This document shows positions 45,168-54,051 of a stretch of 64,000 nt of DNA, one piece after another (the stretch's first letter is position 1; every line of letters begins with the position of its first letter). Origin of the DNA: a virus (taxonomy: Duplodnaviria > Caudoviricetes); IMG/VR virus record IMGVR_UViG_3300005458_000015, positions 18,163-82,162 of that record. One strand, given 5' to 3'. The notes under the pieces were generated by a model. It did no database searches. It had not been told where the DNA came from and saw nothing but the letters and a program-made list of their open reading frames with translations. The position numbers and the translations under genes were made by a program.

Positions 45168-45355
45168 GAAGAGTTCAGAAGGTGTTGCTGTGGTTCGGCA
45201 CCATCTTCCTGACGCTGGGAGTTGCTGTTCTCATCAGCGGTATCTTTTTGGGTTTTGACCCTTCGTTACCTGCCGTCACCATGATCGCTCAGGGCTGGCC
45301 AGTAATCATGATCTTCAGAGACCGTAGGAAGGAGTGGAAACGGACAAACCGATAG
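45164..45355 (+). CDS. Two-TM membrane protein
   Basis: 63 aa, hydrophobic. Confidence 0.65.
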   Translation: MRRVQKVLLWFGTIFLTLGVAVLISGIFLGFDPSLPAVTMIAQGWPVIMIFRDRRKEWKRTNR

Positions 45356-45407
45356 CCCTGGCGTGGGTATTCGCATTCGCCTCGCTAGGGATGTTCATCG
45401 TTGCCAT

Positions 45408-45446
45408 AGAGAGCGACCCCTTCTGATTCGGGGTCGCTCTCTTGTT
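45408..45446 (+). terminator. Perfect 13-bp hairpin (terminator-like)
   Basis: AGAGAGCGACCCC-TTCTGATTC-GGGGTCGCTCTCT then TGTT. Confidence 0.5.
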
Positions 45447-45496
45447 CGCCTGGGACACCTACAAGTTCCAGAAACAAGCATGGAAAGAGGAGGATC

Positions 45497-46222
45497 GTGA
45501 CAGAGCAATCGACGGAGACGACTCCGGCGACAACGGAGAAGACGCCGGGTAAACGGGCTGAAGTGGCCAAGGCCAAGCCCATGTCCGCTACCCAACGGCG
45601 AGACGTGCAGAAGTTGATCGACGGCGAGTTCGAGGCCCTCAAGGGCGATCTCGGGGTCTTCACTAACCAACTGCGGATCGAACGTGCCCGTCAGATCGAA
45701 GAGCAGTTCGCAGAGCGGGAACGCCAGGCTCGTCAGGTCGAGGCGGAGTGGCAGGTCGTCTCCGCAGAACTACGAGAACGAGCAGATGCCTGGGTCCGGG
45801 CCAAGCGGGACGAGGGCTACACCATCACTGCCCGAGACCGCTATGGCAACGGGGTCTACTGCTCCTTCAGCCCGATCACGGTCTCCATCCCGGAAAAGGA
45901 CCGGGCGCTCAAGGAGGCCGACAACATCGTCTCCCACCAGAAGATGACAGCCATCCAGGCTCTGGAACGTCAGCGGCTGACGATGCAGAAGGACGTCATC
46001 TTGGACGGTCTGGTGGACCAGGCCAAGGATCTGCTCGCCAAGATGCCCAACCCCCGCGATCTCATCGCCCAGATCCTTCAGGGGGCACGCGAGCAGGGAC
46101 TGGCCATCGCCAACCCACCCACCATCCAGCAAATCGAGGGGGAGGTTCAAATTCGTCACGACCACGGTGATCAGCAGGCCGTCTACATCGGTGAGGTAGT
46201 CGATCCTGCGGACGTCCCATGA
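45497..46222 (+). CDS. Coiled-coil hypothetical protein
   Basis: GAGGAGG RBS; 241 aa, E/R/Q-rich. Confidence 0.75.
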   Translation: MTEQSTETTPATTEKTPGKRAEVAKAKPMSATQRRDVQKLIDGEFEALKGDLGVFTNQLRIERARQIEEQFAERERQARQVEAEWQVVSAELRERADAWVRAKRDEGYTITARDRYGNGVYCSFSPITVSIPEKDRALKEADNIVSHQKMTAIQALERQRLTMQKDVILDGLVDQAKDLLAKMPNPRDLIAQILQGAREQGLAIANPPTIQQIEGEVQIRHDHGDQQAVYIGEVVDPADVP

Positions 46223-46878
46223 GGCCACTAGTAGGGGCCAGGGTCATAGCCAAGAGACTCATCTTTGGTGACCTAGGAAACAGGGAAGCCATCCCCGCTG
46301 GCACCCAGGGATACGTCAAGGAACACATAGGCGGTTGGGACAGCGAGGATTTCAGAGTGCGCTATGACAACGGAGTCGAGCGCAACCACTCAGCCAGGTG
46401 GCAGGGAGAGTCCTGGGAACTTGTTGAGGGGGCAGATTCTTGCCCACCGATCGGTACCCAGATCCGGTGTCTGAGCGCCCAGAAAAACATCCCCAAAGGG
46501 GAGATCGGCGTCGTCAAAGACCTCCCTAACAGCGCCGGGGTCAGGGTGCAGTACCCCAACCGGGAATACACCCACGACCTCTCCAACAAGAACATCACCT
46601 GGGAGGTCTTTCCAGACCCTGTCTACAAGATCGTCGCACCATCCCACCTGATCATCCAAGACAAAGGAGATATGGAGTTGTACATCACCAATTCAGTCGA
46701 GGTCATCGACGGTGTCGTCGGCCAGGTCAAGTACGGCGAGACCATCGTTTGGCAGTCCGAGCCGGTCGCCACTTCGGACGACGACGGGCCGATCAGCCTG
46801 GACAAGCAGCACGTCAACGCCCAGCAGGTGGCGCGGGACAAGGTCCGAGACGTGGTGAAGGCGCAGTTTGCTTCATAG
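46219..46878 (+). CDS. Hypothetical protein with SH3-like modules
   Basis: Repeated IP.G..G.VK...VRY.N pattern; C-terminus resembles that of 40934-41551 (G.VVW.S). Confidence 0.65.
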   Translation: MRPLVGARVIAKRLIFGDLGNREAIPAGTQGYVKEHIGGWDSEDFRVRYDNGVERNHSARWQGESWELVEGADSCPPIGTQIRCLSAQKNIPKGEIGVVKDLPNSAGVRVQYPNREYTHDLSNKNITWEVFPDPVYKIVAPSHLIIQDKGDMELYITNSVEVIDGVVGQVKYGETIVWQSEPVATSDDDGPISLDKQHVNAQQVARDKVRDVVKAQFAS

Positions 46879-47053
46879 CGTCGTAGCCGTCCTCAGGACG
46901 GTCTACTGGCCGCTGCTCCACCTCCGCCGCATGTGGCGACAGAACCTAATGCTAGGGTTTTTGACCCTATTCATCTACATAGAGGTAGGAGGTTTTCTTT
47001 ACGTCATCATCACCGCGATATGGTTCCCAGAGAACACTCATCATCACCATTGA
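46868..47053 (+). CDS. Small membrane protein
   Basis: Hydrophobic C-terminal half. Confidence 0.45.
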   Translation: MLHSVVAVLRTVYWPLLHLRRMWRQNLMLGFLTLFIYIEVGGFLYVIITAIWFPENTHHHH

Positions 47054-47123
47054 TCAAGAACGTAGGGTATGAGATAATCACATGGTACGTACTCTCCATC
47101 CCTACTCTCAGAAAGGAGGAGCC

Positions 47124-47666
47124 ATGGCGAAGCAGCGCAAGGGGCCTGACCTCAGACCCTTGTTTCTCTTCGACTTCGGCGCACGAGAGACCGAAGAGAC
47201 GTTACGTACACGGCTTCTCCTAGAGGCCGAGACGTGTCTTGCAGTCAGTGGTAGACCCCAACGGCAGATGATCGAGGAATTGCGGGCCTACATCGTGAAG
47301 AACAAGTCTTCCGATGCTCGCATCTACCCGATCCTGCGGATCATCCACAACTACGTCAATGTCACGCCAACGGACTTCAGGGACCTTGTCTGGCTCCTAG
47401 GCTTGGACAAGGCCCTGGACTTCATCGATGGGGTAAGACCTCCACCCAAGACCTGGAGAGCGTTCCGGGTGCTCCAAGACGAGGGTGCAGACCCTCGCTA
47501 CATCGAGGAGTATTGGAACAGGGTCCTAGACGCCATCGAGCGGGGCGAAGACAACGAGTGGGTGTATGAGGATCTCTATCACTCCTACATCTACACGAAT
47601 CGCGGCCTTAGACCTGGTTACCGAGAGACCCCACAAGGTCAACCCAGATCTGCGCTAGCGAGATGA
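47124..47666 (+). CDS. Hypothetical protein
   Basis: AGGAGG RBS; 180 aa. Confidence 0.7.
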   Translation: MAKQRKGPDLRPLFLFDFGARETEETLRTRLLLEAETCLAVSGRPQRQMIEELRAYIVKNKSSDARIYPILRIIHNYVNVTPTDFRDLVWLLGLDKALDFIDGVRPPPKTWRAFRVLQDEGADPRYIEEYWNRVLDAIERGEDNEWVYEDLYHSYIYTNRGLRPGYRETPQGQPRSALAR

Positions 47667-47674
47667 CGTGAGAC

Positions 47675-47703
47675 GGCCCCCATCATCCAGATGGGGGCCT
47701 TCG
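47675..47703 (+). terminator. Hairpin terminator
   Basis: GGCCCCCATC / GATGGGGGCC. Confidence 0.55.
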
Positions 47704-47717
47704 TCATGAGAGGAACC

Positions 47718-48002
47718 ATGGACTACTCCGATGACGAGCCAGAACGGCTCTGGATAACGCAACCTGACGCACACCCTGACCTCACCGATTGTGGTGAATG
47801 TGGCGACAGACTAGATATGAGTCATTCAGTCCCAGTCCTCAAGGGCACGGGGGGTTTATGCCAGGAGTGCGCTACCAAACAAGTGCAAGACCACCCCCTA
47901 ACACCTACTTACCTGCAATGGATGGAAAACGCTGACCCCCGTTGGTGGTCGGTATGGTGTTGCAACTGTGAAGGATGTGTGCCCGATGCGTTACCTGCGT
48001 AA
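47718..48002 (+). CDS. Zinc-finger hypothetical protein
   Basis: CGECG, CQEC, CCNCEGC. Confidence 0.65.
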   Translation: MDYSDDEPERLWITQPDAHPDLTDCGECGDRLDMSHSVPVLKGTGGLCQECATKQVQDHPLTPTYLQWMENADPRWWSVWCCNCEGCVPDALPA

Positions 48003-48141
48003 GGCAGTAAGGTTCTTATCCAGCGACCATAACCGGCGTGTCGTGCTGTGGAAGGTACGTCGTGTTATGCTGGTAGTAGCAGCGGTAGTAGAAACGATCT
48101 TGCGTGACACGGTAGACGACTTGCTGCCAGCAGCAACGTAG
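47986..48141 (+). CDS. Small hypothetical protein (51 aa)
   Basis: Read manually: MRYLRKAVRFLSSDHNRRVVLWKV; fills the gap. Confidence 0.45.
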   Translation: MRYLRKAVRFLSSDHNRRVVLWKVRRVMLVVAAVVETILRDTVDDLLPAAT

Positions 48142-48149
48142 GGAGGTAT

Positions 48150-48446
48150 ATGGCAAGTTACCGATCAGGTTGGTGCGGCGTCACTCTAATTGGCGATACT
48201 GTCTGGACCCGCGATGAGATAAGCCATAAGCGATGCGAGATATCGCTGTGCTGCTGCACCTGTCACAAGGGAGAACAGCCTTGGCTGAAACCAGTACGCA
48301 TAGTGCAGCGACAGGGAAGTTCTCCTGCTACGTCTGCGGCTATGACACCCGCAAAAACCCCGATAGCCCGGAAGAGAACCGCAAAGAAGGCTGGGTCGAA
48401 GAAGAAGGGATCGGCACCAGGCACGAAAGCACCAGAGAGTGCATGA
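48150..48446 (+). CDS. Cys-rich, K-rich small protein
   Basis: GGAGG RBS; SGWC...H.RC...CCCTCH; AKT/ARK tail. Confidence 0.65.
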   Translation: MASYRSGWCGVTLIGDTVWTRDEISHKRCEISLCCCTCHKGEQPWLKPVRIVQRQGSSPATSAAMTPAKTPIARKRTAKKAGSKKKGSAPGTKAPESA

Positions 48447-48516
48447 AGTTGATCAACTACTTCATCGACCGTCTGTATTACCTCGAACGCCCCCACCATC
48501 GAGAGGACTCGAAGAA

Positions 48517-48720
48517 GTGACATCGTCCCTGACCGAAGAGTTGGCAGCCAGTCGAACTCGGGGTCGCAAGCCCGCGTTCTCAGCAGAAGAGAGAGCGGAG
48601 CGTGCGAAGAAGGCATCCAAGGCCCAGACCTTGGCCCTGGGCGTGCTGAAGTCCAGGCACGAAGCCGAGTACCAAACGCTCTACCAGCAGGCCAAAAAGG
48701 AAGTAGGCCTGGAGGACTAA
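48517..48720 (+). CDS. Small basic helical protein
   Basis: RGRKPAFSAEERAERAKK...LKSRHEAEY. Confidence 0.65.
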   Translation: MTSSLTEELAASRTRGRKPAFSAEERAERAKKASKAQTLALGVLKSRHEAEYQTLYQQAKKEVGLED

Positions 48721-48747
48721 CCGCGTTCGGAGAAGACGCGGAAGACC

Positions 48748-48784
48748 GGAGTCCCTCCCCATCAGGTAGGGGGGAGGGGCTCCT
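48748..48784 (+). terminator. GC-rich hairpin
   Basis: GGAGTCCCTCCCC / GGGGAGGGGCTCC. Confidence 0.45.
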
Positions 48785-48800
48785 CTGTGTGAGGGGAGTA

Positions 48801-49382
48801 ATGGTTACTACCATATGGTTTACCGCTGATACCCACTTCCACCATAAGAACATTCTGCACTTGGGTAGAGGTAGGCCGTGGGACACGGTGGAAGAGATGA
48901 ACGACGCTCTGGTGCACAACTGGAACCAGCAGGTCCTTCCCCATGACCACGTCTACCACCTAGGCGACATCTCGTTCGGGGGCAGAGAAGCCACTCTGGA
49001 GACCATGCGCAGGTTGCACGGCAACATCCACATCATCAAGGGCAATCACGACCAGCCCAAGATGCTGAGTTACCTCTCGGCCGAGATGCCCAACGTCACT
49101 GAGATCCGCAACTACCTGGAGATCAAGGTGGATGGGCAAAAGATCGTTTTGTTCCACTTCCCCATCCTGGACTGGCATGGGTTGCACAAGGGGTCGTGGC
49201 ACCTACACGGTCACTGCCATGCCAACCTCCAGTTCGACAACGGACCCATGCTTGACGTGGGGATGGACAACATGTCCTACACCCCCATCGACTTCGAGTC
49301 AGTCCGTGCCTTGCTCAAGGACGTACCACCCAAGTTCCACACCCATCACGACGCAACTCCAAAGGAGGTCTCTGGTGGATGA
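48801..49382 (+). CDS. Calcineurin-like metallophosphoesterase
   Basis: ADTHF, LGDI, GNHD, FHFP, HGHCH. Confidence 0.9.
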   Translation: MVTTIWFTADTHFHHKNILHLGRGRPWDTVEEMNDALVHNWNQQVLPHDHVYHLGDISFGGREATLETMRRLHGNIHIIKGNHDQPKMLSYLSAEMPNVTEIRNYLEIKVDGQKIVLFHFPILDWHGLHKGSWHLHGHCHANLQFDNGPMLDVGMDNMSYTPIDFESVRALLKDVPPKFHTHHDATPKEVSGG

Positions 49383-49626
49383 GTCGTCAGCCGCCAAGGT
49401 CCAAGCCCTGTTGAACGGGGTTGGGATCAAGCGCCCCAAGACAAGTAAGACCAGCGGCATCTACGTCTGCAATGACAAGGAGTGCCGTCGTGAGCAAAAC
49501 CGCATCTACCGCAAGATCAGATGGTCCAGGAGACATCACAAGTCCTTCGCCTCTTGGGCCTGGTGGTCACCCGAACCGGCTCTTGGAGTCAAGCCAAGCC
49601 TCAAAGGCAGACGACATGGCTGGTAA
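49375..49626 (+). CDS. Small basic protein
   Basis: GTG start; YVCNDKECRREQ. Confidence 0.5.
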   Translation: MDESSAAKVQALLNGVGIKRPKTSKTSGIYVCNDKECRREQNRIYRKIRWSRRHHKSFASWAWWSPEPALGVKPSLKGRRHGW

Positions 49627-49647
49627 AACCAACGGAGGTAATACAAC

Positions 49648-50034
49648 GTGAAGAAGGTTCTGCTAGTGCTGGCTCTCATCGCCACGGTGATGGGAAGCCT
49701 GGTCGCCTGTGACTCCAAGGCTGATGTCGTCAGCCACAACCTGTCCACCCAGGCCGACCAGTTCAACGTCGAACGTCAGATCGTGTTCTTCAACGGCATC
49801 ACCGACAAGTATCTACTGGTGATCCAGGGCCGCTGCTCGTTGGGTAACAACGACCCGGTGAAGGAACTCTCGGTCACCTGTGAGGTAGCCCCGCACCAGT
49901 ACGAGAAGCATTTCCTGGGCTTGAGCGACAACGTGTCCTACTTCGTCCAACAAGTTGCTCCCAACTCAGTGAGCGCCTTCCACTACCAGGTGATCTTCCA
50001 CCCCGAGAACATCGTTCCCGACCCCATCCACTAG
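49648..50034 (+). CDS. Phage lipoprotein
   Basis: Signal peptide with lipobox LVAC; ADVVSHNLS..ADQF...R.IVF.NGITD.YLL.I.GRCS. Confidence 0.8.
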   Translation: MKKVLLVLALIATVMGSLVACDSKADVVSHNLSTQADQFNVERQIVFFNGITDKYLLVIQGRCSLGNNDPVKELSVTCEVAPHQYEKHFLGLSDNVSYFVQQVAPNSVSAFHYQVIFHPENIVPDPIH

Positions 50035-50051
50035 CAGGAAGGAGGTAAGCA

Positions 50052-50306
50052 ATGCCGACTTGGGCCTTTGTGCTCACCATCGTGCTCGGCATCATCGCCT
50101 ACATCGCCATGATCCCTCTCTTGGGTATGTGGATGCAAGGCGTGTTGGACCGATGCTGCGCTGGCGTCGGTGTCGATCGATGCTCGCACTACGGTCATGA
50201 CGCTCAGGGGATCTGTTTCGGGCTCATTTGGCCCATCTCGATGATCGTCTTCACCATCTGGTACTTGATCAAATACACCCCCTCCATCCGTTTCCTCAAG
50301 GTCTGA
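50052..50306 (+). CDS. Membrane protein
   Basis: Two TM helices, GLIWPI motif. Confidence 0.7.
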   Translation: MPTWAFVLTIVLGIIAYIAMIPLLGMWMQGVLDRCCAGVGVDRCSHYGHDAQGICFGLIWPISMIVFTIWYLIKYTPSIRFLKV

Positions 50307-50318
50307 AAGGAGAGCACG

Positions 50319-50627
50319 TTGGACTTCACCTCAGTGGTTTGGCTCGCCGTATTTTCAAGCGTCGGTTACCTCTTGATGGGACTGATAGTTGGTGCCATCA
50401 TCTCCAACGCCGTCTACAAGGACGGTGGCTCCATCTCCGACGCCAGGACGTTCGGTGGCATCTCCACCATCGCTTGGCCCATTGCCTTGATCGTGCTCAT
50501 CTTCGCAGCCCTGTGGTTCTTCATCATCGCCCGTGCCTTGACTCCCCAGGCGCACCGAGAGAAGTTGCGCAAGGAACGTGAGGAGCGCAGGGCCAAAGGC
50601 ATTACCGACCCGCAGTACGTGGACTAG
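50319..50627 (+). CDS. Membrane protein
   Basis: Two TM helices, IAWPI motif; AAGGAG RBS. Confidence 0.7.
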   Translation: MDFTSVVWLAVFSSVGYLLMGLIVGAIISNAVYKDGGSISDARTFGGISTIAWPIALIVLIFAALWFFIIARALTPQAHREKLRKEREERRAKGITDPQYVD

Positions 50628-50636
50628 GAGGTCCTC

Positions 50637-50816
50637 ATGGTTGACATTGGTGAGCCGAAGAAAGAAGTCGAGATCGAACCGTTCCCCCAGACCGTTCCTG
50701 AGGAGGAGCCACGGCCAGCAACTACCCCATCCCCAGTTACGGAACCAGCACCTGCCTCGCCTGTGGAGCCAGCGGAGCCCACTACTGCCCCCCAGCCCGA
50801 AAAGGTTCCGGTGTGA
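50637..50816 (+). CDS. Pro/Glu-rich peptide (59 aa)
   Basis: AGGAGG RBS; MVDIGEPKKEVEIEPFP...PEKVPV; missed by the ORF track. Confidence 0.7.
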   Translation: MVDIGEPKKEVEIEPFPQTVPEEEPRPATTPSPVTEPAPASPVEPAEPTTAPQPEKVPV

Positions 50817-51367
50817 ACGAGCCAACGCCCCCAGGCAAGGGCGTGGCCATGAGCCGGTCGGAGAAGCCGCTCCTATTCGAGCCCATCAAGGCGTACCGGC
50901 ACTGGGATCTATCAGGCGGGGTTCTTACGGCTCCCCACCACAACTCCTTCGCGTGGAGGGACGGGGAGAACATCGCACATTGCAGCAGTTGCGGTAAAAG
51001 CGCAGTGGAGTGCGCCAGGTATGGGCGGTTCCGACTGTGCAACTGTGGGTTCTACTGCGTTTGGAGTGACCGCGACGGTTACGCCCGCCCATCGAACTTG
51101 TCCGTAGGCAAGATCTTCGGGGTGATCGAGTTGTACGGCAACGTCACCCTGGGACCACAGGGGGCCAGGGCAACCAAGGCGAAGATCGTGGCCTTGCATG
51201 TCCCCCCAGGTTCCTGGCGTCCGTTCCAGAAGTATCCGCCTGTGATGGACAACTACCCATCGGCTCGCTTCTACCGCAACAGGGACAACCTCATCGTTGC
51301 CGAGGGCGTCGAGTTCCCCCAGGAACTCTTCAAGAAGACAGATAACACTGGAGCAGCGTTTGGGTGA
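50813..51367 (+). CDS. Cys-containing hypothetical enzyme-like protein
   Basis: PIKAYRHW...W..G...AHC...CNCGFY...IFGVIELYGNV..G..GARA. Confidence 0.75.
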   Translation: MNEPTPPGKGVAMSRSEKPLLFEPIKAYRHWDLSGGVLTAPHHNSFAWRDGENIAHCSSCGKSAVECARYGRFRLCNCGFYCVWSDRDGYARPSNLSVGKIFGVIELYGNVTLGPQGARATKAKIVALHVPPGSWRPFQKYPPVMDNYPSARFYRNRDNLIVAEGVEFPQELFKKTDNTGAAFG

Positions 51368-51581
51368 GGCTCACTCATACCTAGAAAGAAATGCGAGGAG
51401 CGTATTGAACAAAAAGCGCAACCGAACAGTCCTCCGAATGCAGAACCGGTATGCGTTTCGACAGATGGTGGAGCGCAAGCGGGAAGCCGGTGACCTGCCT
51501 CCGCTGGAGTACGTCGCCATCAAGAACAAGAGCAAGTTGAGCGGCAAAGTAGCCGAAGAGGAGGAAACAGTTGGCCAATGA
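51360..51581 (+). CDS. Small basic protein
   Basis: TTG start after GGAG. Confidence 0.5.
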   Translation: MGEAHSYLERNARSVLNKKRNRTVLRMQNRYAFRQMVERKREAGDLPPLEYVAIKNKSKLSGKVAEEEETVGQ

Positions 51582-51768
51582 CGAGCCCGACCCAGCCGTA
51601 GTACGGGTGATCCACTACTCCGAAAGTGCAGACACCAAGGAGGAGATCTACCTGGACAACAAGGAAGAAGTCCTCAAGGTCATCGCGGAAATGTATGACC
51701 GGATGGCACCGGACGACTTCATCGAGATCGACAACGGCGAGTACCCGAGAGAGAAGGTAAAGGCGTGA
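51571..51768 (+). CDS. Small acidic protein
   Basis: GGAGG RBS; 65 aa. Confidence 0.65.
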   Translation: MANDEPDPAVVRVIHYSESADTKEEIYLDNKEEVLKVIAEMYDRMAPDDFIEIDNGEYPREKVKA

Positions 51769-52424
51769 CCAAACAAGGTCTTACCCACGCTGCACTGATC
51801 CTGGACCGATCAGGGTCGATGCAGCGCATCAAGTCCGACATGGAAGGTGCACTCAACACCTTCATCAACACCCAACAGCAGGTACCGGGAGACTGCACCG
51901 TCTCGCTCTACCTCTTCGATGACCTCTACGAGCCCGCCTGGGAGAACGTGCCCCTGGCGAACGTGCCTTCCATCACCATCGAGCCACGCGGATCGACATC
52001 CCTGCGCGATGCACTCGGCAAAACCATCAACCGGCTGGGCAACCAATTCCGTGAGATGCCGGAAGACCAGCGCCCGGAGAAGGTGCTGGTGGTGACCATC
52101 ACCGATGGCCTGGAGAACTCCTCCAGGGAGTACACCAGTCAGCAGGTCAGGGAGATGATCAAGCACCAGGAAGAGAAGTACGGGTGGGCCTTCACCTACC
52201 TCGGTGCCAACCAGGACGCCTTCCTGGTGGCGGGGGAGATGGGCATCGACCTATCCCGTACCTCCAACTACGGTGCCAACGCAAAGGGCACACAAGCGCT
52301 GTCCACCAGCCTCAACGCTGCCACTACTCGGATGCGGGGAGCAGTCGGGCAGTCGGCATCTTCTTCCTACGGCTACACCGGTGAAGAACAAGAGGCCGGT
52401 GATCAATCGGTTACTTCACCCTGA
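51765..52424 (+). CDS. von Willebrand factor A domain protein
   Basis: MIDAS motif LILDRSGSM, GSTSLRDA, VTITDGLENSS. Confidence 0.85.
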   Translation: MTKQGLTHAALILDRSGSMQRIKSDMEGALNTFINTQQQVPGDCTVSLYLFDDLYEPAWENVPLANVPSITIEPRGSTSLRDALGKTINRLGNQFREMPEDQRPEKVLVVTITDGLENSSREYTSQQVREMIKHQEEKYGWAFTYLGANQDAFLVAGEMGIDLSRTSNYGANAKGTQALSTSLNAATTRMRGAVGQSASSSYGYTGEEQEAGDQSVTSP

Positions 52425-52639
52425 TGGCCGGGTGGATCGGTGGCTATTGGAACTATGAGCGCTGTAAGCATCCAAAACGACCTGTCCCGGTAAAAACCGA
52501 CCTAGGTCGAATCTGGCTCTGTGACTGCGGTGCCAAGTGGGAGGTCATCTCTGTCGCTGACAGTGCGAATTACTCCCAACAGTCCATCATCAAACCCATC
52601 CCTCCCCACGCTGAAGTGTGGTGGCGCAAGATCCGTTAG
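52424..52639 (+). CDS. Small Cys-containing protein
   Basis: CKHP...WLCDCG..W. Confidence 0.6.
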   Translation: MAGWIGGYWNYERCKHPKRPVPVKTDLGRIWLCDCGAKWEVISVADSANYSQQSIIKPIPPHAEVWWRKIR

Positions 52640-52646
52640 GAGTCTG

Positions 52647-52847
52647 ATGCCCCGCTGCTTGCAATGCGGAAGGGTGCTCAGCAACTGCATCATCAACCTG
52701 TCCCCCAGCATCATGACGGTGCTGGGGGACTGCACCAGGTGCGGACACTCAGTAACTGCTTCGCGTGATTCCTGGACCCCTGAAGACTTTCACCTAGACC
52801 TGGATGGCAACATCTGGGGTCAACTCGAACTCCCCTGGGAGCATTAA
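52647..52847 (+). CDS. Small zinc-ribbon protein
   Basis: AGGAG RBS; CLQCG, CTRCG. Confidence 0.6.
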   Translation: MPRCLQCGRVLSNCIINLSPSIMTVLGDCTRCGHSVTASRDSWTPEDFHLDLDGNIWGQLELPWEH

Positions 52848-53263
52848 TGCCGACTGCACGAAAGACCACAGCCCGCAAGACCACTCCTGCTACTCCTGCT
52901 GTCAACACCGAACTGGAGGAGTACAAGAAGAGGGTGGCGAAGGAGATCAAGTATTTCAAGCACGAGACGGGCGATCTCTGCGATAAGGAGTACAACCGCC
53001 TCCGCAAAGAACTCAACCTAGAAAGTCTGCTGACCCTGAGTGGCGGTCTCAGAGTCAGTTTTTCCGGCGACTTCACCGTCACAGGAGCCGATGGCTCCAA
53101 CATCGACCCTCACCTGGTGGAAAGCGACATCGCGGCAGCACTGGCCAGGGTGCTAGAAGCGGGACTGGAGTTCTCTTACTACTCCCCTGTCGTCGGAACG
53201 AAGAAGGGAATGGTCAAGTTCGTCTTCGCCGATGTGGACGATTACTCTTTCGACCACGATTAA
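52847..53263 (+). CDS. Hypothetical protein
   Basis: 138 aa; ARKT repeats at the N-terminus. Confidence 0.7.
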   Translation: MPTARKTTARKTTPATPAVNTELEEYKKRVAKEIKYFKHETGDLCDKEYNRLRKELNLESLLTLSGGLRVSFSGDFTVTGADGSNIDPHLVESDIAAALARVLEAGLEFSYYSPVVGTKKGMVKFVFADVDDYSFDHD

Positions 53264-53514
53264 TGCGGGGGACGAGCAACTCGAACGTCCGAGGCTCGTC
53301 TTATGACCGCCAGGCTCGCAAGACCTTTCTGCTTCGTACGTTCGGGGACGGAACGACAGCCAAATGCTTCAACTGTCCTGAGATGCTTACCTTCGACACC
53401 ATCACCGTGGACCGGATCATTCCGGGGTGTCAGGGTGGCACCTACCGCCGCAACAACATCCGACCCTCTTGTGGGCCGTGCAACTCGTCGTTGGGAGGAG
53501 CGATCAGACGATGA
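53263..53514 (+). CDS. Small HNH endonuclease
   Basis: CFNC...TVDRIIPGCQGGTY..NNIRPSCGPCN. Confidence 0.8.
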   Translation: MRGTSNSNVRGSSYDRQARKTFLLRTFGDGTTAKCFNCPEMLTFDTITVDRIIPGCQGGTYRRNNIRPSCGPCNSSLGGAIRR

Positions 53515-53684
53515 CCGCCTGCCTAATGACCATGATCGGTGTAAAGGGACTCTACTGCGAAGCAGCGGAGTACGAGTTGCAATATCAAGGCACCACCAAA
53601 TGGATTCCACTGTGTGATGAGTGCCTGGGCTTCTGGAAGAAAAGTTCAACCAACAAGTTCAAGGTAAGGCCAATTAGGAAGTAG
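53511..53684 (+). CDS. Small zinc-binding protein
   Basis: GGAGGAG RBS; C...C...LCDEC. Confidence 0.6.
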   Translation: MTACLMTMIGVKGLYCEAAEYELQYQGTTKWIPLCDECLGFWKKSSTNKFKVRPIRK

Positions 53685-53691
53685 GTGTGAG

Positions 53692-53823
53692 ATGCGACTT
53701 GGTGACACTGTCATTCACATCTGGGACAACGTGAAGAAGACTTGGACCTGCACCGAGTGCAAGCACGTCTCTTCCGATCCCTGCCACTGCTCGTGCAACA
53801 CAACCTGCCACTCAAGAAGGTAA
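53692..53823 (+). CDS. Cys-rich peptide (43 aa)
   Basis: Read manually: CTECKH....CHCSC...CH. Confidence 0.5.
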   Translation: MRLGDTVIHIWDNVKKTWTCTECKHVSSDPCHCSCNTTCHSRR

Positions 53824-53832
53824 AGGACCTCT

Positions 53833-53988
53833 ATGGTGGAGAACCCAGCAACATGGGGTAAGGCTGAACAAGTTGTTGCTGAAGCCCTGGAGCAAGCCGA
53901 AGAGTCACGACGACAGATGATGTGCGGACTCTCTGAGGTCCGACAGATCACTGATGCACTGCGAAGAGAAGGGCTCCTCAAGGAGTAA
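53833..53988 (+). CDS. Small helical protein (51 aa)
   Basis: AAGGA RBS; ends just before the terminator. Confidence 0.6.
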   Translation: MVENPATWGKAEQVVAEALEQAEESRRQMMCGLSEVRQITDALRREGLLKE

Positions 53989-53989
53989 G

Positions 53990-54040
53990 CAAAGCCCCCT
54001 GGTCTGTCCCTACGGGGATGGGCCAGGGGGCTTTTTGCTG
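53990..54040. terminator. Bidirectional terminator between convergent modules
   Basis: AAAGCCCCCTGGTCTGTCCC-TACG-GGGATGGGCCAGGGGGCTTTTT. Confidence 0.85.
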
Positions 54041-54051
54041 TCCAGATTCAG

